In this document: piece after piece, positions 34,756 through 46,300 of the stretch
Numbering within the stretch: position 1 is the first letter of the stretch
Layout: each line of letters starts with the position of its first letter
Origin: Enterobacter phage vB_EclS_AS5
Sequence record: OR753409.1
DNA length: 49,578 bases
Direction: 5' to 3' (one strand)
The notes under the pieces: model-generated
What the model was told of the DNA's origin: nothing
Databases searched by the model: none
What the model saw: only the letters and a program-made list of their open reading frames with translations
Position numbers and translations under genes: made by a program

Positions 34756-35154
34756 ATGAATCAAGATGTTATTGACCAGATCGTAAAAATTGCCCCTCCT
34801 TTCGCTGGTGTTGATCCGGCTTTGCTACAGGTATGGATTGAGCTAGCGGGGGAATTTGTTTGCAAGAAGCGTTTCAAGGATTCATACACCAAAGCCGTTG
34901 CGCTCTACACCTTGCACCTAATGACGCTTGACGGAGCAATGAAGCAGGAGGGGGAAAGCGTAGAATCATACTCTCAGCGCGTCGCGTCATTCTCCCTGAC
35001 TGGTGAGTTTTCGCAGACGTTTGATCGCGTCTCCTCAGATTCCTCAGGCAAGGAGATCCGACAAACTCCGTGGGGGAAAATGTATGAGGCTTTAAACCGC
35101 AAGAGAGGCGGAGGATTTGGGCTTGTAACTGGATTGCGGCGGAGGTCTTGCTAA
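34756..35154 (+). CDS. Putative head-tail connector/adaptor protein.
   Basis: Position and size (132 aa) within the head-to-tail joining block. Confidence 0.45.
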   Translation: MNQDVIDQIVKIAPPFAGVDPALLQVWIELAGEFVCKKRFKDSYTKAVALYTLHLMTLDGAMKQEGESVESYSQRVASFSLTGEFSQTFDRVSSDSSGKEIRQTPWGKMYEALNRKRGGGFGLVTGLRRRSC

Positions 35155-35525
35155 TGAATTACGCTAACATTGCACGAATGGCTAAATCTGGAATCGCGTT
35201 TTTCAGTGATCGCAATGGGGTGTTTAAGCTTATCACTAGCGGAGGCGGCGTTGAGGTTGTCGGCGGTGTTGAGGTTGAAAAGCCTGAGCAATCAACCACC
35301 ATCAAAGGGCTTATTCGAGCGCCAAAGATTCGAGAGGTTGACGGCGAAACAATCCGCGTAACGGACAAGCTTGGAGTTTTCGACGCAGACATTGAGATCA
35401 AGAATGGGAACCAGATTGAGGTTGACGGAGAGCGATATGTAGTTGTTGAGGCAAGACCAATCAGACCAACGGGGCTAACGGTTGCTTATCGCCCGATACT
35501 GCGGAGGGTTGCGGTTCATGGCTAA
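35148..35525 (+). CDS. Putative head closure / head-tail joining protein.
   Basis: 125 aa with an overlapping start. Confidence 0.45.
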   Translation: MLMNYANIARMAKSGIAFFSDRNGVFKLITSGGGVEVVGGVEVEKPEQSTTIKGLIRAPKIREVDGETIRVTDKLGVFDADIEIKNGNQIEVDGERYVVVEARPIRPTGLTVAYRPILRRVAVHG

Positions 35526-35958
35526 CTATTCGATCAGAGAGTTTCAGGGTAATATTGACAAGTGGATAAGCGCGGTTGAGAGCGGCCTAACTGATTGCAT
35601 TGAGATTTTCGGCGGTAAAGTTCAGGAGGCGCTCGTTAATGGATCGCCAGTTGATACGGGAAGATTCAGAGGAAACTGGCAGGTAACAGCAAACGAGCCT
35701 CCGCTCTACGCGCTCAACCAGTACGACAAGGACGGAAGCAAAACAATCGCATACGGAGAGCGAGCTATTCGCGCCATAATGCGCGGAGGCGGTGCGGTTC
35801 GCGCTATCTACTTTTCAAATATGCTTATCTACGCCAACGCGCTAGAATACGGACACTCAAAACAGGCTCCCGCTGGTGTTGTTGGAATCGTTGCGATTCG
35901 CTTGCGTTCATTCATGGCGGAGGCGATCAGAGAGTCGAGGGCTAAAAATGGATTATGA
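35518..35958 (+). CDS. Putative neck / tail completion protein.
   Basis: ATG at 35518 (MANYSIREF...) after ggaggg. It overlaps the upstream stop. Confidence 0.45.
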   Translation: MANYSIREFQGNIDKWISAVESGLTDCIEIFGGKVQEALVNGSPVDTGRFRGNWQVTANEPPLYALNQYDKDGSKTIAYGERAIRAIMRGGGAVRAIYFSNMLIYANALEYGHSKQAPAGVVGIVAIRLRSFMAEAIRESRAKNGL

Positions 35959-36349
35959 TCTAATGATGGCGGCACGCAAGGCATTCGCCGCCGAATACGA
36001 AAACAGATACGCAATCGCTTATGAGAACGTGGAGTTTACACCTCCAGTTGACGGCTCTATGTGGCTGGCGTTTCATTACGTTGAATCTGAGCCTTTGCGA
36101 TTATCGCTTGATCGCAAATGCGTTTCTTATATGGGGATGGTTCAGATCAATGTTACGTTTGCGCCTGGCACTGGAACAGAGACGCCGCGCAAGCTGGCAA
36201 AAGAGATTGCTGATTTTTTCAAAGATGGTAAAATGCTGGACGTGGGCTACATCTACGAGGGCGCTAGCGTCCGGTCAGTCCAGAAATCAGAAACGGGCTG
36301 GATTGTTCCGATCCGGTTTGTTGTAAGAGTTGACACAAAAGGAGAATAA
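35947..36349 (+). CDS. Putative tail terminator-like protein.
   Basis: ATG at 35947 (MDYDLMM...) after gagggctaaaaATG. Confidence 0.45.
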
Positions 36350-36350
36350 C

Positions 36351-37010
36351 ATGCATCTTCCAAACGGTTCACAAATTTTTATCGAAGCGTCTCGCGGCTC
36401 CGAGCTTTCCGCTAGCGCAATCAGCAACGCAGAAAAGCCAGTTTTCACCATGGCTGATACTGGCGATCTCGAAAAGGGTGATTACGTCATTGTAACTGAG
36501 TCCTCGTGGGGTAAACTGCTTGATCGCGTACTGCGCGTTAGCGAGGTTTCCAGCAACTCAAGCGCAACGCTTGAAGGTATTGACACCACTGATACCAACG
36601 TGTTCCCTGCCGGAGCAACAGCGAAGATCGCAAAGATTAACGCGTGGTCTGAAATCCCTTGCGTTCAGGATCTTGCGCAGGACGGCGGCGAGCAGCAGTA
36701 TTATACTTATCAGTGCTTGTCCGACGATCAAGAGCAGCAGCTACCTACCTATAAGAGCGCTGTTTCCCTGACGTACACCTTTGCGCACGAGTACGACAAC
36801 TTGATCTATCCTCTGCTGCGTAAAGCAGATGAAAGCGGCGAAGTCACAGCAATGCGTATGTACGTACCGAAAGCGAAGGAAATGCGTTGCTGGGCTGGCG
36901 TGCTGTCATTCAACGAGATCCCGCAAACTGCGGTTAACGAAATGGAAACTGTTTCCCTTTCTTGCTCGCTGAAAGGCCGATACACATTCCTTCCTGTATC
37001 GCAGGATTAA
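36351..37010 (+). CDS. Major tail protein.
   Basis: 219 aa immediately upstream of the G/GT chaperone pair. RBS aaaggagaataacATG. Strong terminator downstream. Confidence 0.65.
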   Translation: MHLPNGSQIFIEASRGSELSASAISNAEKPVFTMADTGDLEKGDYVIVTESSWGKLLDRVLRVSEVSSNSSATLEGIDTTDTNVFPAGATAKIAKINAWSEIPCVQDLAQDGGEQQYYTYQCLSDDQEQQLPTYKSAVSLTYTFAHEYDNLIYPLLRKADESGEVTAMRMYVPKAKEMRCWAGVLSFNEIPQTAVNEMETVSLSCSLKGRYTFLPVSQD

Positions 37011-37015
37011 TCACA

Positions 37016-37038
37016 AGGGGCGTTGCGCCCCTTTTTTA
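37016..37038 (+). terminator. Rho-independent terminator after the major tail gene.
   Basis: GGGGCG-ttg-CGCCCC followed by TTTTTT. Confidence 0.75.
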
Positions 37039-37085
37039 TTTGATGTAATATTACCCCAACATTTAACCACTAAGGAGAAACACCA

Positions 37086-37400
37086 ATGGCTAAAATGAAA
37101 TTGACTCTTGCCCCGCTTCCAGACTTCAAACTTCCAGTTAAATTTGTGTTGCCGGATGGTAACGAGCAAAAAATTGTGTTTACAGTTAAGCATAAAAAGG
37201 CAAGCGAGATTCAAGCACTTTACCAGAAAGAAGGCATTAAAGATCCAGAATTCATCATGAATGTTGCGTCAGGTTGGGATCTGGAAGAAGAATTCAACGA
37301 AGAAAACGCGCAACTGTTAGTTGATTATTACCCTAGCGCGGCGCTGGCACTAATGGGATCTTATTTAAGCGCTCTGGCAGGGCAGCGAGTAAAAAACTAA
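37086..37400 (+). CDS. Tail assembly chaperone G.
   Basis: 104 aa between the major tail and tape-measure genes. It ends at the slippery site. Confidence 0.7.
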   Translation: MAKMKLTLAPLPDFKLPVKFVLPDGNEQKIVFTVKHKKASEIQALYQKEGIKDPEFIMNVASGWDLEEEFNEENAQLLVDYYPSAALALMGSYLSALAGQRVKN

Positions 37401-37714
37401 AACGGGCGGTTTATCTGTACTACCAGAAGCCGCCCACAGATGCAGAGCTTGAGGCCGTAGGTTTAACACGCGCAGACTATGAAGGCGAGGAGCCGCCGGA
37501 AGTTATATTTGATGAATCAATGATGCAGTCATGGGATGTATTCTGCGCAATGCAGACTCAATGGCGATCTGCTGGTGGCGGCGCTTATGGCCTTGATTAC
37601 AATGTTTTGCCTATGTTGTTCAAAATCTATAAAATAGACGATGAAGAAATGGCATTGAACGACTTGCGGATCATGGAAAGTAAAGCGCTCGAAATGATGC
37701 ACGCAGGAAAATAA
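37086..37714 (+). CDS. Tail assembly chaperone GT, the product of a -1 programmed frameshift at A_AAA_AAC (37391-37397).
   Basis: The -1 frame is open from the slippery heptamer to 37714 with no stops over 37397-37520. This is the canonical G/GT arrangement upstream of the tape measure gene. Confidence 0.6.
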
Positions 37715-37715
37715 A

Positions 37716-37742
37716 CGAGCGCCTTTTGGCGCTCTTTTCTTA
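37716..37742 (+). terminator. Rho-independent terminator.
   Basis: GAGCGCC-tttt-GGCGCTC followed by TTTT. Confidence 0.7.
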
Positions 37743-37756
37743 TCTGGAGGTACTTA

Positions 37757-40700
37757 ATGGCGGAACAATACGCAGGCTTGACGTTAGGCGTTGACGTTCA
37801 GCAGGTAAACAACGCAGTTAAATCCCTGAGGGATTTTAAGACCGCTTCCGAGGGTGCGGCTGATGGTCTTGAGTCTTTCGTCAATGAGGAGCAGATTGCC
37901 AGACAGAGAGCCAAAGATTTGGCCTCAGAGCTTGCAAAGCAGAGAAAGGAATTTCAGAGCGTACAGGCCGCAATAGATCCGACTGCGGCAAAAATGGAGC
38001 GACTAAAGGTTGCTGCGGCTGACCTTGATAAGCTTTGGAAAAATGGAGTGGTTCCAGACGAGACATTTTTCCAGCTTGGAGAAATGATTGAGGCTCAGAC
38101 AAACAAGCTTGCAGCAAACAGAAAAGCGTTAACGGCTGAGGGCATGGCGGCAATCGAGGAGTCAAAGCAGAAAGCTAAAGCGGCGGCTGAGGCTCAGAAA
38201 TTCATTGCGGCTCTTGAGGCGCAAGCTGCTGCTGCTGGCAAGACGCAATCCGAACTGATGGAAATGAAAGCGGCTCAACTTGGTGTTACAGCGCAAGCGG
38301 CTCCATTCATTGAGAGAATGCGCCAGCAAGAGCAAGCGACACAGAAACTTGGAATCTCAATGGGTCAGTATAACCAAGCTATGCGAATGCTTCCGGCTCA
38401 GATCACTGACGTTGTAACGTCGCTTGCTTCCGGTATGCCTGTTTGGATGGTTGCAATTCAGCAGGGCGGTCAGATTAAGGACTCTTTCGGCAGCATAGGG
38501 AATGCATTTCAGGGGCTGAAAGATTTAATCCTTGGTGCGGGCGTAGATATTAATGAATCTCTGGATGAAACCAGCGAAAACGCCAACGATCTTGCTGAGG
38601 GTTTTAATAATATAGCCGATGCTGGCGGTAGGGTTGGCGGTCTCGCTAGGTTCATTAACCCAGTAACCATCGGTGCGGTTGCCCTTGTTGGTGCTATCGC
38701 AGCAATTGCAAAAGCTGGTTTCGATGCGTGGAAGTCACAAAGGGATCTGGCTAATGCTTTGGTAATTACTGGTGGATATGCTGCCACTACCACAGGGCAG
38801 ATTGACGATCTGGCGAATGAATTGAGCGAGACTTCAAGCGCAACTTCCGGAAGAATCAAGGATATCGCGTCAACTTTGGCATCCTCTGGGAAATACACTG
38901 TTAGCCAGATTAAGACCATTACCAAGACTACTGCGGAATGGGAAGCGCAAACAGGAGAGAGCAGCGATAAAATCAAAGGGTACTTTGACATGATTTTAAA
39001 AGATCCTGTCAAGGGTCTTGTCGAACTTAACGATAAATTCAACTTCCTGAATGAAGGGCAGCTAACCTATATTGATACACTGAGCAAAACCAAGGGCGAG
39101 GTAGCAGCAGCAGATGAAGCGACAAAACTATTTGCTGAAACGATGGATAAGCGACTGAAAGATGTGGCTGACAGCGCAACACCTCTTGAAGATATGTGGA
39201 TTGATATCAAGAAGTGGGCGTCAGATGCATGGGATTGGGTTGGGGATCACACGATGGCGGCGCTTAACCTGATCATTGACGTTGTAGCCGGAACGGTTGA
39301 GCAGGTTCGTTATTTGCTTAATCAGGGTGATATTCTCATTGGTGAATTTATTATATCTGCAACAAATGCTATGCAAAAAATACCTGGTCTTGATGGTGTT
39401 GGTGACTCAGTAATTGCAAAGCAACAGAATATTATAAATAACGCTAAGGAGAACAACAAGGAGCTATTAAAATCAATTGCCGAACGTAACGAGCGAGTCA
39501 AAAAAGGCGAGCAGGGTTACATTGACATGATGAAAAATCGTGCAGCGGTTGAACAGCAATATGCGACAAAAACAAAAGAGAATATCAGGAAGGAAGCCGA
39601 GGAATTAGCTAAGCGCAACAAAAAGCAAAAGGCTGAAAAAGCTAAGGTATCGGATGGCGATAAGCTGGAAGAACAATATCAGCGTGATATCCTTGCGCTA
39701 GAAACTCAATTAAGAGTTTTGAAAGAGCACAAGACGATCACAGATACAATAAGCCAGCAACGTAAATCTTTATGGGCTGAACAAGCTAAAATTCAGATTT
39801 TGCAAGAAGCCTCAACAAAACGGCAACTTACTGATGAAGAAAAAAGCATTTTAGCAAACAAAGATAAGATCCTGGCGATGGCTGAACAAAAAGCTATTTT
39901 GGGCGATCAGATTGTTGCGCAAACGCGCCTTAATCAGTTGCAAGATAGCTCAATCAAGTTTATCCAGCAGCAGAAAGCAGCAACGGAAGCACTAGCCAAA
40001 ACCAGAGGGTTAAGTGAGCGTGAAGCAGCAAGAGCGGAGGAACGTGCAAAGGTTGAGGCTGATTATCTTGCCAAAGGAGGCAAGGAAGGAGATCCGCAAC
40101 TCACCGCAATGATGGATGAATTAGATAATCGCTATAAAGAGGAAGATGCTAAACGTGCTGATTGGTTGGCTGGCGCTAAAAATGCCTTTGCGGAGTACGG
40201 CGAGGAAGCAATGAACATGTATGATAATATCGGCAACATTGCGAGCCAGGCGCTAAACGGCCTATCGCAACAAATGTCTGATTTTTTGACTACTGGACAA
40301 GCCAGCTTCAAAGACTTTGCAAAATCGATCATTAGCATGATTGTTCAGATGATCACAAAGATGGTTATCTTCAATAGCATTTCCGGCATGATGGGCGGCT
40401 CAACCTGGACAATGGGATCGCTAATGAGCGGCTTCTCGTCTGGTGGGTACACTGGAGACGGCGGCAAGTATGATCCGGCTGGCATTGTTCACAAAGGCGA
40501 GTTTGTTTTCACTAAGGAAGCAACGCAGCGAATCGGCGCTCGTAACCTTTACCGCCTGATGCGTGGATATGCAAACGGCGGCAGCGTTGGCGGCTCAGGT
40601 TACAGCAGGGCTTCAACTGGCGGCGCTGGACTTGCTTACTCGTTCGGTGATATCAACGTTGATATCAACAACGGGAGTGATCCAAAAGGTCTTGAAACTG

Positions 40701-40786
40701 GTGTTAGAATGCTGGTTACTGATATGCTCAAGCGTGAAATGGGTCAAGGCGGCAGCATTTACAATTTCGTTATGGAAAGGAGGTAA
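37757..40786 (+). CDS. Tail tape measure protein.
   Basis: 1009 aa, largely alpha-helical and coiled-coil, with a Gly-rich C-terminus. Follows the G/GT pair. Confidence 0.9.
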   Translation: MAEQYAGLTLGVDVQQVNNAVKSLRDFKTASEGAADGLESFVNEEQIARQRAKDLASELAKQRKEFQSVQAAIDPTAAKMERLKVAAADLDKLWKNGVVPDETFFQLGEMIEAQTNKLAANRKALTAEGMAAIEESKQKAKAAAEAQKFIAALEAQAAAAGKTQSELMEMKAAQLGVTAQAAPFIERMRQQEQATQKLGISMGQYNQAMRMLPAQITDVVTSLASGMPVWMVAIQQGGQIKDSFGSIGNAFQGLKDLILGAGVDINESLDETSENANDLAEGFNNIADAGGRVGGLARFINPVTIGAVALVGAIAAIAKAGFDAWKSQRDLANALVITGGYAATTTGQIDDLANELSETSSATSGRIKDIASTLASSGKYTVSQIKTITKTTAEWEAQTGESSDKIKGYFDMILKDPVKGLVELNDKFNFLNEGQLTYIDTLSKTKGEVAAADEATKLFAETMDKRLKDVADSATPLEDMWIDIKKWASDAWDWVGDHTMAALNLIIDVVAGTVEQVRYLLNQGDILIGEFIISATNAMQKIPGLDGVGDSVIAKQQNIINNAKENNKELLKSIAERNERVKKGEQGYIDMMKNRAAVEQQYATKTKENIRKEAEELAKRNKKQKAEKAKVSDGDKLEEQYQRDILALETQLRVLKEHKTITDTISQQRKSLWAEQAKIQILQEASTKRQLTDEEKSILANKDKILAMAEQKAILGDQIVAQTRLNQLQDSSIKFIQQQKAATEALAKTRGLSEREAARAEERAKVEADYLAKGGKEGDPQLTAMMDELDNRYKEEDAKRADWLAGAKNAFAEYGEEAMNMYDNIGNIASQALNGLSQQMSDFLTTGQASFKDFAKSIISMIVQMITKMVIFNSISGMMGGSTWTMGSLMSGFSSGGYTGDGGKYDPAGIVHKGEFVFTKEATQRIGARNLYRLMRGYANGGSVGGSGYSRASTGGAGLAYSFGDINVDINNGSDPKGLETGVRMLVTDMLKREMGQGGSIYNFVMERR

Positions 40787-40788
40787 TT

Positions 40789-41142
40789 TTGGCTAACCTG
40801 GAAATGTTTAAATGGTGTACCCAAACGCAGGGAGGCGGCGGGAGCATGACGACTGAGGACACCGTGAGGGAGGTTGTTTTTGGGAATGGCTACACGCAAG
40901 TTGCGTCGTCTGGTTTAAACACGACGAAAAGAAGCTTTAGCGTTATCTACGCTGGCGCTGATTACATGGATGTGATCAGCTTCATGCAAAGGCATCTTGT
41001 TAAACCTTTCGCGTGGATTGCGCCTGATGGAAAGGCTGGATTGTTCAGGGTTAAAACTGGAACCATCGCAGCCAAGCCAATCTCCCCAACCGTTCAGGAG
41101 GTAGCGGCGACTTTCGTTGAGCAGTTTACCAGCATGGAATAA
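40789..41142 (+). CDS. Minor tail protein, lambda M-like.
   Basis: 117 aa immediately after the tape measure gene. Confidence 0.7.
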   Translation: MANLEMFKWCTQTQGGGGSMTTEDTVREVVFGNGYTQVASSGLNTTKRSFSVIYAGADYMDVISFMQRHLVKPFAWIAPDGKAGLFRVKTGTIAAKPISPTVQEVAATFVEQFTSME

Positions 41143-41145
41143 CCA

Positions 41146-41170
41146 AAGCCGCCTTTGTGCGGCTTTTTTA
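41146..41170 (+). terminator. Rho-independent terminator.
   Basis: AGCCGC-ctttgt-GCGGCT followed by TTTTTT. Confidence 0.75.
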
Positions 41171-41211
41171 TTGGTGCTACAATACGCAATTATCACAAAG
41201 GAGGTCTATCA

Positions 41212-41964
41212 ATGGCTACAGGCAAAGAAGAATTTGAGAACTGCTTACAGAGCCTTTACCCTGGCGAGATCATGACGCTTGTCGAGGTTGACGGCTCTAA
41301 GTTCGGCGCTGGCGTTTACAGATTCCACAATGAGAATGTGCAATACACGCCGGAGGAGATTATGAGGGCGGTTGAGAGCGGCACGCTACCACCTAAGGAA
41401 ATTATTTTCCATGGCGAGGCATACGGAGCGCGTCCTTTCGGAATTACTGGTATCAGCTTTACAAGTGACGGCAAAGCCGGAAAGCCGGAACTAACACTGT
41501 CAAACGTTGACAGCCAGGTATCGGCATTGATTCGTGCTTACAACGGCATGATGCAAGCAAAGGTCACAATATGGGTCACGTCAAAAGAAATGATTCAGAG
41601 TGACGGCAGCGTAAAAGACGGCGCTTATCGCAAGCTTGTCTACTACGTCGAGCGCCCTAGCTACTGCAATAAGAGCATAGCCAGATTCGAGCTAACCTCT
41701 CCATATGATATGGATGGAATAATGATCCCGCCACGAATCACTCAAAGCGTTTGCTATTGGGCGCAACGTGGATGGTATCGAAGCGGAAAGGGTTGCAGCT
41801 ACAACGGATCGCGAATGTTCGACAAGGACAATAACCCTGTAACAGATCCGAGCCTTGACCAATGCGCGGGAACAGTAACGGCCTGTAAGTTGCGTTTTGG
41901 CGCGGATCAAGAGTTAGATTTTGGCGGCTGCGCAGTCGCATCACTTTTAAGGAGCTACCAATGA
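41212..41964 (+). CDS. Minor tail protein, lambda L-like.
   Basis: ATG at 41212 after aaaggaggtctatcaATG. Lies between the M-like and K-like genes. Confidence 0.75.
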   Translation: MATGKEEFENCLQSLYPGEIMTLVEVDGSKFGAGVYRFHNENVQYTPEEIMRAVESGTLPPKEIIFHGEAYGARPFGITGISFTSDGKAGKPELTLSNVDSQVSALIRAYNGMMQAKVTIWVTSKEMIQSDGSVKDGAYRKLVYYVERPSYCNKSIARFELTSPYDMDGIMIPPRITQSVCYWAQRGWYRSGKGCSYNGSRMFDKDNNPVTDPSLDQCAGTVTACKLRFGADQELDFGGCAVASLLRSYQ

Positions 41965-42677
41965 TTAGCGCAAAAATTAAACTGGAAATAATGCGACACG
42001 CGCAGGACGTATACCCCGCTGAGTGTTGCGGGGTTGTAACCCAAAAGTCACGCGTCCAGCGATATCACCGAATCAATAACGTGCATGATGATCCAGAAAA
42101 TCATTTCTTGATGGATGCAGACGAGTACGCAGAGATTGAGGGAGGGGATCATGAGATTATCGCAATCGTTCACAGTCACACCGGAGACGGCGCAACAACG
42201 CTACCGAGCGCACACGATACTTGCATGTGTGACGAAATGGGCGTGACTTGGGTTATTGTATCGCTTCCAGAGGGTGATATGAGAATGATTGAACCTGCAA
42301 CTCGTCCTCTGATTGGTCGCCCGTGGTCGCTCGGTTCGTATGATTGCTGGGGCTTGATTATGGCGTGGCACAAGGAGCAAGGCGTGATCTTGAATGACTT
42401 TCGCAAACCTTACGAATGGTGGAAGCCGGAGCATGGCGAAAACCTCTACCAGGATAACTATCTGAAAGAGGGTTTCATTCCAACAGGCAAGGAGCCGGAG
42501 CCTGGAGATATGATAATAATGCAGCTTCAAGCGCCAGTATGGAACCATGCCGGAATCTACTTAGGCAATAATCAAATCCTGCATCATGCTTTTGGCAAGC
42601 TGTCAAGATCTGATATCTATTCTGGATGGTATCAGGAGCACACGGTAATGATTTGCAGACATAAGGAGCTAAAGTAA
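41961..42677 (+). CDS. Tail assembly protein K-like, with JAB/MPN and NlpC/P60 domains.
   Basis: JAB motif HSHTGDGATTLPSAHD and the NlpC/P60 Cys context YDCWGLI. Confidence 0.85.
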   Translation: MISAKIKLEIMRHAQDVYPAECCGVVTQKSRVQRYHRINNVHDDPENHFLMDADEYAEIEGGDHEIIAIVHSHTGDGATTLPSAHDTCMCDEMGVTWVIVSLPEGDMRMIEPATRPLIGRPWSLGSYDCWGLIMAWHKEQGVILNDFRKPYEWWKPEHGENLYQDNYLKEGFIPTGKEPEPGDMIIMQLQAPVWNHAGIYLGNNQILHHAFGKLSRSDIYSGWYQEHTVMICRHKELK

Positions 42678-43276
42678 TGCAGACACTAAAGAGAATTAAG
42701 CTTTCTGGCTCGCTGGGGCGTCGTTTCGGCGTTTTTCATGAGTTAGCCGTTGAATCATACCCAGAAGCGATTCGTGCGCTCTCCGTGGCTCTGGAGGGCT
42801 TTAAAGACTATATGCAAAGTGAAGTTGGATCGCGTATGCACTACGCTGTTTTTGTTGACGGGAAAAATGTAGGTCAGTATGACGAAAAGGCGTGGAAGTG
42901 CGGCAAGGAAATACGAATCATCCCGATCCCGTCCGGCTCAAAATCTGGTGGATTGTTCCAGGTTGTTTTAGGCGCAGCAATCATGGCTACGGCGTTCTTT
43001 ACTGGCGGCGCATCACTTGCCGCAATGGGCGCTCTATCCTCCTCAGCGTTCATGATGGGTGGCGCTATGGTTTTGGGCGGTGTTATGCAGATGATATCAC
43101 CACAGCGCGGCGGTATGCAGATGGAAGTAAAGAGTACGGAAAACAAGCCGTCATATGCGTTCGGCGGCGCTGTAAATACCACGGCGGCTGGTTATCCATT
43201 ACCACTTCCATATGGCTATCGAACCGTTGGAGGAGCCATCTGGAGTTCAGGAAGCTATGCAGAGGACAAAGTATAA
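42677..43276 (+). CDS. Tail assembly protein I-like.
   Basis: 199 aa with a hydrophobic, Gly-rich C-terminal half. Lies between the K-like and J-like genes. Confidence 0.7.
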   Translation: MQTLKRIKLSGSLGRRFGVFHELAVESYPEAIRALSVALEGFKDYMQSEVGSRMHYAVFVDGKNVGQYDEKAWKCGKEIRIIPIPSGSKSGGLFQVVLGAAIMATAFFTGGASLAAMGALSSSAFMMGGAMVLGGVMQMISPQRGGMQMEVKSTENKPSYAFGGAVNTTAAGYPLPLPYGYRTVGGAIWSSGSYAEDKV

Positions 43277-43280
43277 AACA

Positions 43281-43304
43281 AACCCCGCATTGCGGGGTTT
43301 TTTA
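43281..43304 (+). terminator. Rho-independent terminator.
   Basis: CCCCGC-att-GCGGGG followed by TTTTTT. Confidence 0.75.
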
Positions 43305-43363
43305 TTGGTTGCTATAATGCAACATCAAAACAGCACAAATTGTTAAAACTGGAGGCCAAAACT

Positions 43364-46300
43364 ATGATAAGCGGCAATAAGGGCGGCTCCTCTAAGCCGT
43401 ATACGCCAAAGGAGATGGAGGATAACCTAATCTCCATCAACAAAATCAAGATCCTCCTGGCGGTTTCAGACGGAGAGGTAGACGGCGAGTTTTCGCTAAA
43501 AAATCTCTACCTTGACGACGTGCCAGTGCAAAACGCAGACGGCTCGCTTAACTATAGCGGTGTTAGTGCTGAGTTCCGGCCAGGCACTCAAACGCAGGAC
43601 TACATCAAGGGATTTTCAGACACGTCAAGCGAAGTAACAATTCAGCGAGATCTGGCGCAGAATAACCCTTACAGCATTGCGGTAACAAACAAATCACTAT
43701 CTGCTATCAGGATCAAAATCCTGATGCCTCAGGGATACAAGCAGGAGGGTAACGGCGATCTGGTTGGTGTATCAGTGCAATACGCGGTTGATATGGCTGT
43801 AGACGGAGGCTCATTCAAGCGAGTTCTGACTGATACGATCACTGGTAAGACAAAAAGCGGCTACGACCGCAGCCAGCGAATCGACCTGCCAGCATTCAAC
43901 GAGCAGGTAATTTTGCGCGTTAGCCGAATCACGCCGGACTCTAACACAGGCCGAGTTGTTGACGCGATCAGATTGCAGAGCTATGCGGAGGTTGTTGATG
44001 CAAAATTCCGTTACCCTCTGACTGGTCTTGTTTATGTTGAGTTTGATAGCGAGCTTTTCCCGACTCAGCTACCGAACATTTCTATCAAGAAGAAATGGAA
44101 GCTGATCAAGGTTCCTGTTAACTACGATCCAGATTCGCGCACCTATAGCGGATCATGGAATGGTTTATTCAAGACTGCGTGGAGCAATAACCCTGCCTGG
44201 GTTCTGTATGACCTGATCACCAATCAGCGCTACGGACTCGACCAAAGGGAGCTTGGTATTGAGATTGACAAGTGGAGCATCTACGAGGCAGCGCAGTATT
44301 GCGATCAGATGGTTCCAGATGGCAAGGGCGGTTTAGAGCCTCGCTATCTTTGTGATGTGGTTATCCAGAGCCAGATTGAGGCGTTTAACCTTATCCGCGA
44401 TATTTGCTCAATCTTCCGTGGTATGAGCTTTTGGAACGGCGAGAGCCTTTCTATCGTGGTGGATAAGCCGCGCGATCCGTCTTACATTTTCAGTAATGAC
44501 AACGTGGTAAACGGCGATTTTCAGTACACATTTGCTAGCGAGAAAAGCATGTATACGCAGTGCAACGTGACTTTCGACGACGAGCAAAACATGTACAGCC
44601 AGGATATTGAGGGCGTTTTCGACACTGAGGCCGCTTTGCGTTTTGGTCACAATCCGACAAGTATCACAGCAATCGGATGCACACGACGCAGCGAGGCGAA
44701 CCGACGAGGGCGCTGGATTCTCAAGACTAACCTGCGCAGCACTACGGTAAACTTTGCAACAGGTCTTGAGGGTATGATCCCGACAATCGGAGACGTGATC
44801 GCAATCGCGGATAACTTCTGGTCAAGTAACTTGACGCTGAATCTTTCGGGGCGCGTCATGGAGGTTTCAGGGCTGCAAGTTTTCCTCCCGTTCCGAGTTG
44901 ATGCGCGGCCTGGTGATTTTATCCTGATAAACAAGCCGGACGGAAAGCCAGTTAAGCGCACTATCTCACGAGTTAGCGCAGACGGGAAAACTATTGAGTT
45001 AAACGTTGGCTTTGGTTTCGACGTTAAGCCGGACACGGTTTTCGCAATCGACAGGACTGATCTTGCGTTGCAGCAGTACGTTGTTACCGGAATAACAAGG
45101 GGCGACGATACGGAGCAATTCACGTACTCAATAACGGCGGTCGAATACGATCCAAACAAGTACGACGAGATTGATTACGGAGTGAACATTGACGACAGGC
45201 CAACAAGCATTGTAAACCCTGGAGTGATGAAAGCGCCGGAAAACGTCAAGATTTCATCATACTCTCGAATTGTTCAGGGGCAGAGCGTTGAAACGATGGT
45301 TGTAAGCTGGGGTAAGGTCGAATACGCAAGCCTGTATGAAGTTCAATGGCGCAAAGACAATGGCAACTGGCTAAACGTGCCTCAGACGGCAAACAAAGAG
45401 GTTGAGGTAGAGGGTATTTACTCAGGCAACTACTTTGTTAGGGTTCGATCAGTATCCGCTTCTGGAAGCACATCGCCTTGGTCTGGCGTTGTTTCCGCCG
45501 CATTAACTGGCAAGGTTGGCGAGCCTAAAATGCCTATTAACTTGACCGCCTCAGATAATGAGATATTTGGGATCCGCGTCAAGTGGGGTATGCCGGAGGG
45601 TGCTGGCGATACTGCTTACATAGAGCTACAGCAAGCGCCTGATGTTGACAGTCACCCAAGCGAGGAAAACGCAACGCTGTTAACGCTCGTTCCTTATCCT
45701 CAAATGGAGTATTGGCACGCCACGCTGAATCCAGGCTATATCAACTGGTATCGAGTGCGAAGCGTTGACAAGATCGGAAACGTGTCTGCATGGACTGAAT
45801 TTGTGCGCGGTATGTCGTCAACTAACGTTGATGATATTTTAGGCGACATTCTTGATGATATCCTGTATTCAGAAGGATTCGAGGAGTTCAAGGAGAATGC
45901 GGTTGATACTGCAAACAAGGTTAAAGATCAGGCGCAAAGTGTGATCCAGAATGCGCTAGCAATCGACACTAACCTACGATGGAACCGAGTAGAGAATGGG
46001 AAACGCAAGGCGGAGCACGGACAGGCGCTTGAGCTTATCGCAAACGAAACTGAGGCTCGTATTGAAGCCGTTGACATTCTGAGAACTGAGTTCGACGAGG
46101 GGATCTCCTCTAACATTACAGAAGTCAAGAAACTGATTTCTAACGAGGCGGAAACGCGAGCGAGCCAAGTTCAGCAGTTGGACGCTACATTCACGAAAAA
46201 AGTTTCTGACGTTAACGGCAGGGTTGACGATGTTTCGCAAGAGATCGTTAAGACAAACGCCAACGTTAGCAGCGCTCAACAGGCGATAGCAAACGAGACT

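Noticed and set aside
38509-45159. Long antisense ORFs inside the tape-measure and J genes (38509..39042-, 44647..45159-, 45974..46315-).
   Set aside because: They lie embedded in strongly supported sense genes, lack RBSs, and show the compositional bias expected of antisense frames.
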